Source: Candidatus Eiseniibacteriota bacterium
GTDB lineage: Bacteria > Eisenbacteria > RBG-16-71-46
DNA: 64,000 nucleotides
Direction of reading: 5' to 3'
NCBI GenBank assembly: GCA_963717935.1
Contig: CAVQXP010000004.1
Location: 1,664,001 to 1,728,000 of the forward strand
Positions 1-11,087 of this stretch are shown here, in pieces. The stretch's first letter is position 1; every line of letters begins with the position of its first letter. Below the pieces are notes generated by a model. The model made no database searches and had not been told where the DNA came from. It saw nothing but the letters and a program-made list of their open reading frames with translations. The translations under genes and the position numbers were made by a program.

Positions 1-516
1 CCACAGGGGCAGCCGCGCCGCCGTCATGAGCCCCATGGTCTGCGAGCGGCCCTGGCCGACGATGTCGTACTGGAACGCGTGCACCAGCTCGTGGCCGATG
101 ACGTGGTCGGTCTCCGCCAGCGGACCGGCGAAGGGGACGACGATGCGGCGCTTGAGGGCCTCGGTCACGCCGCCCACGCCCTCGCCCAGGTCGCCGTAGA
201 TGGCGTTGGTCTGTTCGAAGGCCGGATGGCTGGCGTAGAGGACGAGAGGCTGGCGGCGCGAGAGGTCGTGCTGCAGGGCCTTCGAGAGCCGTGCGTACCA
301 GCGCTCCGCCATGCGCGCGGCCTCGGGTACGACCTCCTTCGTCTCCGAATAGTAGTAGACGTCGAAGTGCTCGGTCGTGAGCACCTGGAAGTCGAAGGGC
401 TGGTAACGGACCTTGTTCTGGCCGAAGTACTCCTGGGCGCTGGCCGGTGGGGCGAGAGACGCCGCCAGCGCGAGGCAGGCAAGGACAGGCGTGACCGAAC
501 GACGCCACGAAGACAT
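1..516 (-). CDS. Secreted zinc metallopeptidase-domain protein (peptidase MA-like), 5' part only, runs off the window edge
   Basis: Not in the ORF track. Manual translation from ATG at 516 (RBS GGGAGG) gives the signal peptide MSSWRRSVTPVLACLALAASLAPPASA, then QEYFGQNKVRY...TEHFDVYYY...DHVIGHELVHAFQY (HExxH motif), ending LPLW at the edge. Confidence 0.8.
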   Translation of the reverse strand, partial: MSSWRRSVTPVLACLALAASLAPPASAQEYFGQNKVRYQPFDFQVLTTEHFDVYYYSETKEVVPEAARMAERWYARLSKALQHDLSRRQPLVLYASHPAFEQTNAIYGDLGEGVGGVTEALKRRIVVPFAGPLAETDHVIGHELVHAFQYDIVGQGRSQTMGLMTAARLPLW

Positions 517-920
517 GAAACGGACCTCCCACGGATGGGGATGGGTGGATCTGGCCCTGGGCAGAAGACGCGAGGGTTGCTCCCGGCGCGCTCATTCTAT
601 AACGCGGGGGGACTCCGGACACCAGCGGCTCCCCGCGGGGGAGTGACCGCCCCGGTGGAGGGCGCTGCCGTGGAGTCAGGAGACCGTCAGGTCGCCGCGG
701 CGGCACGAGCCGCTCGGTCACGGGGGGCGCCGCGTGGAATCGTCCCGACCGTGGGGCGCATCTCATCCTGCGTACCCATCACCGGGGTGTCTGCCCCGGC
801 CGCGGCCCGAACACCCTGTCGGCGTGTCCGGGCCGCGGGCTTCGTGGTAGTCTGCGGCCCGTCTCTGCACCGGAGAGGAGCGGCTCTGCCACCGGCCGCG
901 GGGCAGCCATCGAGGGACAC

Positions 921-3697
921 ATGGCCTCCAGACTCGATGCCATCCAACGCGCCAGCGCCTCGTACATCGAGGAACTGTACGCGCGGTACCGGGAAGACCC
1001 GGGCTCGGTCTCCGAGGATTGGGGCATCTTCTTCGCCGGCTTCGAGCTGGCGGGCCCGCCGCGGCCCGGTGGGGGCGTGCCGGGCCAGCCTTCGGGCGAG
1101 GTCTTCGGCCTGGTGCAGCACCACCGCATCTTCGGGCACCTCGCGGCCTGGCTCGATCCGCTGAGCGACCGCCCGCGGCTCCTGCCGTTGCTCGACCCGG
1201 TGTCCTTCGGCTTCCAGGAGGCCGACCTCGAGGCCGTGGTCTCCTGGGAGCCCTTCAAGGGCGGCGCTCGGGGCCCGTTGCGCGAACTGATCGCCGCCCT
1301 GCGCCGGACCTACTGCGACACGATCGGCGTCGAGTTCATGCGCCTGGCCGACGAGGAACGGCGCGTCTGGCTGCAGGAGCGCATGGAGCCCGTGCAGAAC
1401 CACCCGGCGATGGAGCCGGCCGAGCGCCTGCGCATCCTGCGGCAGTTGACGCTGGCGGACGGCTTCGAGGAGTTCCTGCACACGCGCTACCCGGGCCAGA
1501 AGCGCTTCTCGCTCGAGGGCTGCGGCGCGCTCATCCCGATGCTCGACGGGCTCGTCGAGGCGGCGGCCGCTTCGGGCGTGGAGCAGATCGTGCTCGGGAT
1601 GCCGCACCGCGGGCGTCTCAACGTGCTCGCCAACCTGATGGGCAAGCCCTTCGAGGACATCTTCCACGAGTTCGAGGCCACCGAGCTGCCCGAGGAGATC
1701 CAGGGACACGGCGACGTGAAGTACCACCTGGGCTACTCGACCGACCACCCGACGCGCGGCGCGGGCTGCATCCACCTGGACCTCTACTTCAATCCGAGCC
1801 ACCTGGAGTTCGTGAACCCGGTCGTGCTCGGGGCGGTGCGGGCGAAGCAGGATCGCATGGGGGATGCCGGACCGATGCGCTGCCTGCCGGTGCTGCTCCA
1901 CGGCGACGCCGCCTTCGCGGGCGAGGGTATCGTGACCGAGACGCTGGCCATGGCCGCGCTCCCGCACTACGACACGGGCGGCACGGTGCACGTCATCGTG
2001 AACAACCAGGTGGGGTTCACCACCTCGCCCGCGGACGCGCGCACCTCGCGCTATCCGACCGACGTGGCGCGGGTCGAGGACGCGCCGGTGTTCCACGTGA
2101 ACGCCGACGACCCCGCGGCGGTCGTGCACGTCATCCGGCTCGCGGTGGAGTACCGGCAGCGGTTCAAGCGCGATGTCTTCGTGGACCTGGTGTGCTTCCG
2201 CAAGCACGGGCACAACGAGCTGGACGACCCGACCTTCACCCAGCCGGTCATGTACCGGAAGGTGGCCGGGCACCCCGCGGTCTCGCGGCTCTACGCGGAG
2301 CGGCTCAAGAGCGAGGGCGTCCTCGACGACGCCGGGCTCGAGGCCCTGCGGGGCGAGCTCGCGACGGTGTTCCAGGCGGCCCACCAGCGCGCCCGTGGCC
2401 GGCGGCCCGTGCCGCCCTCGCGCGCGCTGGGCGGCGCCTGGAAGGGGTTCGAGTGGGCCGGCGAGGACTGGACGGCCGAGACGGCGCTGCCGCGCGAGCG
2501 GCTCGAGCAGGTGGCGCGCTCGCTGGCCGAGGTGCCGACCGGGTTCCATCCTCATCGCAAGGTCGCGGCCCTCGCGGCCGAGCGCGTGAAGATGCTGGAG
2601 CAGGACCGCGTGGACTGGGGGCTGGGCGAGGCGCTCGCCCTGGGCACGCTGTTGCTCGAGGGGCACCACCTGCGCCTGAGCGGGCAGGACACGGGGCGCG
2701 GCACCTTCAGCCACCGCCACGCGGTGCTGCACGACGCCGAGGACGGCCGCCTGCACGTCCCGCTGCAGCACCTGGCCGTCGGGCAGGGCCGCTTCGAGAT
2801 CTTCGACACGCCGCTCGCCGAATCGGCGCCCGTCGGCTTCGAGTACGGCTACAGCACGGCCGACCCGCAGACGCTGGTGGTCTGGGAGGCGCAGTTCGGG
2901 GATTTCGTGAACGTGGCCCAGGTCTACCTGGACCAGTTCCTGGCGAGCGCCGAGTCCAAGTGGCGGCGCATGTCCGGCCTGACGCTGCTGCTGCCCCACG
3001 GCTACGAAGGGCAGGGCCCGGAGCACTCGAGCGCGCGGCTCGAGCGCTTCCTGGAGCTCTGCGCGCGCTGCAACCTGCAGGTCGTGAACCTCACCACCCC
3101 GGCGCAGTTGTTCCACGCGCTGCGGCGCCAGATGCACCGGCGCTTCCGCAAGCCGCTGGTCATCATGAGCCCGAAGAGCCTGCTGCGGCACCGCTCGGCG
3201 GTCTCGCCCGTCCTGGACTTCACGGACGGGGCACTTCCGCACCGTGATCGACGACGCGAAGGTCGCAGGACCCCGACGCGGTGCGGGGGATCCTGCTCGC
3301 CTCCGGCAAGATCTGCTACGCCCTCGAGGAGGCACGCGCCGCGCGGCCGGACCTGCCGGCGGCGCTGGCGCGGGTCGAGCAGCTCTACCCGTTCCCGCGC
3401 GCGGAGCTCGACGCGCTGTTCCGCCGCTACCCGAACGCGCGCGAGGTGCGCTGGGTGCAGGAGGAGCCGGCCAACATGGGGGCCTGGCGCAGCACGCGTC
3501 ACCGGATCGAGGTGGCCCTGCCGCCGGGCTGGCGCCTGCGGCTCGTGGCGCGCAAGGCCTCGCCCACCCCGGCCACCGGCAATTACCATGTCCATGTCGA
3601 GCAGGAGCGCGCGCTGCTGGAGCGCGCCCTCGCGGAGTTCGGGCCCGCGCGCAAGGCGCCCGCGCCGGCGGGGCGCCGGGAAGGAGGAGCGCCGTGA
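921..3697 (+). CDS. sucA: 2-oxoglutarate dehydrogenase E1 component (two frameshifts near 3230-3270)
   Basis: Motifs [64 protein letters not shown] and [15 protein letters not shown]. The C-terminus ([10 protein letters not shown]) lies in ORF 3281..3697. Confidence 0.95.
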
Positions 3698-4929
3698 GCG
3701 TCGAGGTCAAGGTCCCGCGGCTGGCCGAGTCCATCGCGGACGCCACGCTCGTCGAATGGCTCAAGGGGGACGGCGAGGCCGTGCGTCTGGACGAGCCCGT
3801 CGCCACGCTGGAGACCGACAAGGCGGCGGTGGAGATCTCCGCCACGGAGAGCGGCGTGCTGCGCCACGCGCGGAAGGTGGGCGACGTGGTGCGGATGGAC
3901 GACGTGCTGGCGCGCATCGAGCCCGGCGCGGTCCCCGCTGCCGCTGCGGCGCGGCCTGCCGCGCCCGCCGCCCGCCCGTTCCCGCCGGGGGTGGCTGCGG
4001 CCGCCCCGCCGGCCGCCGTTCCCGGGGTCCCGTTCGGACCTGCCGTGCGGCGCCTGGTCGAGGAGCACGGGCTCGACCCGGCGTCCGTGACGGGGACGGG
4101 CCCGGGCGGGCGGTTGCTCAAGGAGGACGTGCTGCGGCACCTCGAGGCGGCCGCCTCGTGCCCCGCCATACCCGCCCGCCCCGCCGCGCCGCCCGCGCCG
4201 CCGCCGTCCGGCCCCGCCGCTCCCGCGGAGGCTGGCGAGCGCGTCGTGCCGATGAACCGCATCCGCCAGCGGATCGCCGAGCGTCTCGTGCAGGCCCAGC
4301 ACACGGCCGCGATCCTGACCACGTTCAACGAGGTGGACATGAGCGCGATCGTCGAGTTGCGGGCGCGACGGCGCGAGAGCTTCGAGCAGCAGCACGGGTT
4401 GAAGCTCGGTCTCACGAGTTTCTTCGGGCGCGCCTGCGTCCAGGTGCTGCGCGAGGTCCCCGAGTTGAACGCCAGGGTCCGCGGCACCGACGTCGTCTAC
4501 CACGATTTCGTCCATCTCGCCGTGGCGGTGCAGACCGACCGGGGCCTGGTGGTGCCGGTCATCCACGACGCGCACCGGCTCTGCTTCGTGGAACTCGAGC
4601 GCGAGATCGCCCGCCTGGCCGGGAAGGCCCGCGACCACCGGCTCTCGCTCGACGACCTGGCGGGGGGCACCTTCACGGTCTCGAACGGCGGCATCTTCGG
4701 CTCGCTGTTGTCCACGCCCATCCTCAACCCGCCGCAGAGCGGCATCCTCGGCATGCACAAGATCGAGAAGCGCCCCGTGGTCGTGGCCGACCAGGTCGTG
4801 ATCCGGCCCATGATGTACGTCGCGCTCTCCTACGACCACCGCATCGTGGACGGCGAGCAGTCGGTCAGCTTCCTGGTGCGGGTGAAGGAGCGGCTCGAGG
4901 ATCCCGAGCGCCTGTTGCTGGACGTCTGA
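3694..4929 (+). CDS. sucB: Dihydrolipoyllysine succinyltransferase E2
   Basis: GTG start overlaps the sucA stop. Lipoyl motif LETDKA, E3-binding GTGPGGR, catalytic YDHRIVDG. Confidence 0.95.
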   Translation: MSVEVKVPRLAESIADATLVEWLKGDGEAVRLDEPVATLETDKAAVEISATESGVLRHARKVGDVVRMDDVLARIEPGAVPAAAAARPAAPAARPFPPGVAAAAPPAAVPGVPFGPAVRRLVEEHGLDPASVTGTGPGGRLLKEDVLRHLEAAASCPAIPARPAAPPAPPPSGPAAPAEAGERVVPMNRIRQRIAERLVQAQHTAAILTTFNEVDMSAIVELRARRRESFEQQHGLKLGLTSFFGRACVQVLREVPELNARVRGTDVVYHDFVHLAVAVQTDRGLVVPVIHDAHRLCFVELEREIARLAGKARDHRLSLDDLAGGTFTVSNGGIFGSLLSTPILNPPQSGILGMHKIEKRPVVVADQVVIRPMMYVALSYDHRIVDGEQSVSFLVRVKERLEDPERLLLDV

Positions 4930-5022
4930 GCGGCGGGCCCTCGCCGGCGGACCCACCCTCGGCCGGTGGCCGCCTGCGCGCGACCGCCGCGCATCCCGTG
5001 GGACATAGAGGAGACCCGCTTC

Positions 5023-6424
<1,402 letters not shown>

Positions 6425-6556
6425 CCGGTCCACGGTGTGCCCGCCCCTCGCCGGATGCCCCCGGCGGGTGCCGCCCGGCGCTCATCGCGGGTGGATCCTT
6501 GTCCCGGGCCGGGCATCTCAGGGTTTTGGGGCAGGATTGACTGCCCGGTCCTCCAT

Positions 6557-6572
6557 TGGTAGGATTATTGCG
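6557..6572 (+). promoter_or_regulatory. Sigma54 (-24/-12) promoter
   Basis: TGGTAGGATTATTGCG has exact GG-N10-GC spacing and sits in an AT-richer patch ~135 nt upstream of the ATG at 6708. Confidence 0.65.
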
Positions 6573-6707
6573 AATGGTCCATTGAGATAAGGGTTCTGCG
6601 CTTCCCCTTCGGCCCCCCCTTGGAGCGCGGAACGAGGCCGTGTAGCTGCCAGGTCGACTCCCAAAAGGTCCGGCGCTTTGCTTCCACCAGCTCGGGAGAG
6701 ACAATCC

Positions 6708-7478
6708 ATGCGTGGTCTGATCGGGTGTCTGTTCACCCTGTTCATCGGCACCGCACTTTGTGCAGCCGTTCCGTCTCAGGCTGCCGTGGAGGTCGTCTTC
6801 GGGGATTCCTGGGATGGCCCGAGCCAGAACCTCCAGGTGATCGTGGATGGTCTTTACGGGGTGGGCCGGATCGACGTGAAGCGCGACTACCTCGGTGCGA
6901 AGGCCGATGAGCCAGACCCATGGTTCTGGGTGGACAACAAGTTCGCGGCGCTGCTCGTGAGAGAGGTGGCCGGGAACGCGGGTGCCAACCAGGTCGGCTG
7001 GTACGAGGAGACGGGCTCGATGCCCGTGCTCACGAACGACGGCGTGCGCGACGGGCTGGTGTTCGACGGCCCCGCGGGGGCGGGCGCCAGCGCGATCCTG
7101 ACCTTCACGAAGCCCATGATGCGGTTCGGCTTCTACCTGAACCCCAACGGCCCCCTCGACGCTCTCAACGCTCCCGAGCCGGAGAAGTTCTTCACGAACC
7201 GCACGTTCAACGACATCGGTCCCGACGGGAGCGGTGCGCTGCACTCGCCCACGGGCGGCGACATGCAGGTGCTGGTCTTCGACCTCTCGAATATCACGGA
7301 GGCGAACACCTGGCTCGTGTGCTTCGAGGACCTGGACTCGGGCGCCGTGCCGGGCCCGATCGGCCAGGCGCAGACCGACAACGATTTCAACGATTTCATC
7401 TTCGAAGTCAAGGCCTTCGGCGCGACGCCGGTCCAGCCGCTCTCCTTCGGCGGGCTCAAGGCGAAATACGCGCGCTGA
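6708..7478 (+). CDS. Secreted DUF4114-like protein with a C-terminal TPVQPLSFGGLKAKYAR tail
   Basis: Signal peptide MRGLIGCLFTLFIGTALCAAVPSQA; DUF4114-like FEDL...DNDFNDFIF; RBS GGGAGAG. Confidence 0.8.
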   Translation: MRGLIGCLFTLFIGTALCAAVPSQAAVEVVFGDSWDGPSQNLQVIVDGLYGVGRIDVKRDYLGAKADEPDPWFWVDNKFAALLVREVAGNAGANQVGWYEETGSMPVLTNDGVRDGLVFDGPAGAGASAILTFTKPMMRFGFYLNPNGPLDALNAPEPEKFFTNRTFNDIGPDGSGALHSPTGGDMQVLVFDLSNITEANTWLVCFEDLDSGAVPGPIGQAQTDNDFNDFIFEVKAFGATPVQPLSFGGLKAKYAR

Positions 7479-7643
7479 CGGTTCCCTCCCGGCACGGCGG
7501 GCGCGCCCCTCAGGGAGCGCGCCCGCCGTGCGTCGGGAGCGGGGCCCCGTGGTGCGTGAGCGAGGTCCAGCCGTTTGACGCCCGCGCGGCCTCTGCGACA
7601 TCCTGCGCGATCATGACGACCGCACCCATCGGGTCCGCCTGAG

Positions 7644-8303
7644 GTGTTCCACTCGCTCCTGACCGTCTGGTTCGACCTCACGCTGAGGTGGGGCTACGCA
7701 GGCGTGTTCGTGCTCATGGCGATCGAGTCCACCGTGTTCCCGCTGCCGAGCGAGGTCGTGATCCCTCCGGCGGCCTACCTGGCGACGCAGGGGCACATGC
7801 ACTTCTGGGGCGTGGTGGCCGCAGCGACGCTGGGCTCGTGGGCGGGCTCGGCGCTCTCCTACTGGGTGGCCCGGGCGGTCGGGCGCCCGCTGCTGCTGCG
7901 CTACGGCCGCTACGTGTTCGTGCCCGAGAAGAAGTGGCTGCTGGCCGAGGGCTGGATCAACCGCTATTCCGCGGCCGGCATCTTCTTCGCGCGTCTGCTG
8001 CCGGTCGTCCGGCACCTGGTCTCGCTCCCCGCGGGGGCGGCGCGCATGCGCTTCGGGGTCTTCACGACCATGACGCTGCTCGGCTCCTTCGTGTGGTCCA
8101 CCGTCCTGGCCTGGTTCGGCGCGCAGGTGCTCGGCGAGGAGAAGCAGTTGCTCCAGGACCCGGACGCGCTGGTGCGCGTGCTGAAGCACAAGCTGGTCTG
8201 GTTCATGGCTGCGGCCGCGGTCCTGCTCCTGCTGTACGTCCTGGTGGACGTGATCGGGCGCCGGCTGCGGCGCGACGCCGCGGGCGCGGCGAAGACCTCC
8301 TGA
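7644..8303 (+). CDS. DedA family membrane protein
   Basis: MAIESTVFPLPSEVV, FFARLLPVVRHLVSLPAG, several TM segments. Confidence 0.9.
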   Translation: MFHSLLTVWFDLTLRWGYAGVFVLMAIESTVFPLPSEVVIPPAAYLATQGHMHFWGVVAAATLGSWAGSALSYWVARAVGRPLLLRYGRYVFVPEKKWLLAEGWINRYSAAGIFFARLLPVVRHLVSLPAGAARMRFGVFTTMTLLGSFVWSTVLAWFGAQVLGEEKQLLQDPDALVRVLKHKLVWFMAAAAVLLLLYVLVDVIGRRLRRDAAGAAKTS

Positions 8304-8382
8304 GAGGCAGGCCGGGCGCACCGCGTTCGGCCGGTGCGCGACGCTCGCCGGACTCCTGGCCCCGGGCTGGCGCGTGGCCACT

Positions 8383-8455
8383 CAGGGAGCCAGCGTGCAG
8401 CGGGGGCCGAGCAGAGGCACCATGCGCTCGGCCCCCGCTGCACGCCGGCTCCCTG
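8383..8455. repeat. 30-bp-arm hairpin with conserved core CGAGCAGAGGCACCATGCGCTCG (copy A)
   Basis: Arms 8383-8412 and 8426-8455 are complementary with 1 mismatch; loop AGAGGCACCATGC. A degenerate tandem copy of the right half lies at 8471-8512. Confidence 0.85.
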
Positions 8456-8513
8456 GCTACGATGGCAGGCCCATGCGCTCGGCCCCTGCTGTGCGCCCGC
8501 TCCCTGACTACGG

Positions 8514-10929
8514 TCAGTGGATCAGGGCGAGTCTCGAAACGAAGGTCCGGCCCTCGGTCATGAGCCTCACGAAGTAGAGTCCGGCGGGCAGCGTGCGCCC
8601 GCTCTCGTCGCATCCATCCCAGGTGAGCGTGCGCTCGCCCGCGGGCTGCGTGCTGGCGACGAGGCTCCGCACCCGGCGCCCCTGCTGGTCGTAGAGCGCG
8701 AGTTCGACGTGCGCCGCGCGCGGCAGGCCGAAGCGCAGCGTGGTCGCGCCGCGCGTGGGGTTGGGCGCGGGCGGCGCCAGGGAGACCGCGCGCGGCAGCG
8801 CGGGCCCCGGCACGTCCGTGGTGCCCGAAGGCAGCAGCGTGCTGAAGCTGCTCACGTTGCCGTGCAGGTCCAGGGCGCAGAGCTTGTAGTAGTACGGCGC
8901 GCCCGCCACGTCCACGTAGCCGGTGTTGGACTGGGCCGCCACCAGGTTCGCGGGCTCCGGCACGAAGTCGGCCGTGCTGCCGCGGTAAAGCCGGTACCCG
9001 GCCAGATCGACGGCGGGATTGACCGCCCACTGCAGGATGGCGGTGCCGTCCGTGTACTCGCCGGTGAAGGGCGCGGGTGCCGGGGGCGCGAGGTCGTCCA
9101 CCGAGTAGCCCGAGTCGGGAGCGGAGGACCACCACTGGGTGCCGCCGACCGCCCAGGCCTGGACCAGGAAGGCCGTGACCGGATTGGAGTCCGCGATCGA
9201 GTCCCCGGTGGTCGGCGCGACCATGCTGTAGGCAGGCAGGTGGTAGGCCTCCTGGGCCCCGACGTACTCCCAGTAGTAGGTCAGCATGCCGGAGGTCGTG
9301 ACGAGCAGCCGACCCGGCAGGCTCGCGGCCTCGCCCGGGTCCTGCGTGAGCGTGGCGCCGCTACGGATCGCCCGGGCCGCGAGGTTGGGGGGGGCCGAGC
9401 GGAAGACGAGGTAGTTGTCTACGTTCCGGAACAGCGGGTCCACGTCGAGCGGGCTCGCGTTCCAGGAGACCTTGACCAGGCCGCCCTCGTCGTTCGGGAT
9501 GTCGCGCACGCTGGCGATGGCCGGCTCCGCGCCGAGATAGCCCCACTCGTCCACGCGCTGGGCGTAGATGTCGGAGTTGCCGCTGCGCCCGTCGTGCCAG
9601 GTGACGATGGCCCCGCACGCGCCGTCCGAGACGAGCGTGGGGTACATCTGATCGAGGATGGCGGTGCAGAGGGCCACGCCATTGGCCGTCCACTGGACCG
9701 CGCCGGTGGCCGAGATCCGCTGGGCGTAGATGTCGGAGTTGCCGCTGCGGTAGTCGTGCCAGGTGACGATGGCCCCGCCCGTCCCGTCCGAGACGATGGT
9801 GGGGTGGTACTGGGCGGCGACGCTGGTGCAGAGGGGCACGCCGTTGGCCGTCCACTGGACCGTGCCGGTGGCCGAGATCCGCTGGGCGTAGATGTCGGAG
9901 TTGCCGCTGCGGTAGTCGTACCAGGTGACGATGGCCCCGCCCGCGCCGTCCGAGACGAGGGTGGGGTAGTACTGATCGCCGGTGGCGGTGCAGAGGGCCA
10001 CGCCGTTGGCCGTCCACTGGACCGCGCCACTGGCCGAGACCCGCTGGGCGTAGATGTCGTAGCTGGTGCCGCTGCGGTAGTCGTACCAGGTGACGATGGC
10101 CCCGCCCGCGCCGTCCGAGGCGAGGGTGGGGTAGGACTGTTCGCTGGCGGCGGTGCAGAGGGCCACGCCGTTGGCCATCCACTGGACCGTGCCGGCGGCC
10201 GAGATCCGCTGGGCGTAGATGTCCCCGTTGCCGCTGCGCTGGTCCTGCCAGGTGACGATGGCCCCACCCGCGTCGTCCGAGGCGATGGTGCAGGCGTACT
10301 GATCGCTGGTGGCGGTGCAGAGGGGCACGCCGTTGGCCGTCCACTGGACCACGCCGTTGGCCGAGATCCGCTGGGCGTAGATGTCGTAGTTGGTGCCGCT
10401 GCGGTAGTCGTACCAGGTGACGATGGCCCCGCCCGCGCCGTCCGAGACGAGGGTGGGATCGTACTGGGTGGTGACGCTGGTGCAGAGGGCCACGCCGTCG
10501 GCCGTCCACTGGACCACGCCGTTGGCCGAGATCCGCTGGGCGTAGATGTCGTAGTTGCCGCTGCGGTAGTCGTACCAGGTGACGATGGCCCCGCCCGCGC
10601 CGTCCGAGGTGATGGTGGGGCCATCCTGCTCGCCGGTGGCGGTGCAGAGGGCCACGCCGTCGGCCGTCCACTGGACCGCGCCGTTGGCCGAGATCCGCTG
10701 GGCGTAGATGTCGTAGCTGGTGCCGCTGCGGTAGTCGCGCCAGGTGACGATGGCTCCGCCCGCGCCGTCCGAGGTGATGGTGGGGCTGTACTGAGAGCCC
10801 GATGGCGGTGCAGACCGGCACGTTGACGGCCGGCTCGTGGGGCCAGGCGCTCCATGCCGGGCGCGGGGCTGCTGCAAGGGCGGTGGCAAGGAGCGCGATG
10901 GCGAGCAGGGGGACTGGGGTCCGGATCAT
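8514..10929 (-). CDS. Secreted tandem-repeat (beta-propeller-like) protein with C-terminal FlgD-Ig/T9SS-CTD-like domain (frameshift near 10800)
   Basis: Signal peptide MIRTPVPLLAIALLATALAAA in one frame. Eight SDGAGGAIVTWxDxRSGxxDIYAQR repeats, an FnIII-like segment and a PNP...LYDQQGRRVRSL...WDG...GLYFVRL tail in another frame. Confidence 0.85.
9545..10800 (-). repeat. Intragenic tandem repeat, ~8 units of 162-165 bp
   Basis: CTGGGCGTAGATGTC and CCAGGTGACGATGG recur at ~162-165 bp spacing; units encode 54-55 aa. Confidence 0.9.
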
Positions 10930-11030
10930 GGTGCACCTCCCGAGGGACGCACGCGGAACCGCCTGGCCTGGGACGACCTGCCCGTGTTTCGATCGAGGAA
11001 GGCGGCACCAGTGCGGCCGAAACGCAGTGA

Positions 11031-11059
11031 AGTATGCACCTGCGGGGCAGGGGATTCAA
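11031..11059 (-). promoter_or_regulatory. Sigma70-type promoter for the repeat protein gene
   Basis: Minus strand TTGAAT-N17-CATACT, ~100 nt upstream of the ATG at 10929. Confidence 0.5.
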
Positions 11060-11087
11060 CGATCGAGTTCGATGGATGCGCGCCCGC

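Noticed and set aside
687..4487. Long antisense and alternate-frame ORFs (e.g. 687..4487, 26158..29211, 35559..38573, 54447..58169, 60484..63714)
   Set aside because: Shadow ORFs typical of high-GC DNA. They are Arg/Ala/Pro-rich, lack motifs and overlap well-supported genes.
9545..10800. Regular repeats as a possible CRISPR array or DGR template/variable pair
   Set aside because: The units are in-frame coding repeats of 162-165 bp without unique spacers. No cas or reverse transcriptase gene is in the window, and the differences are not adenine-specific.
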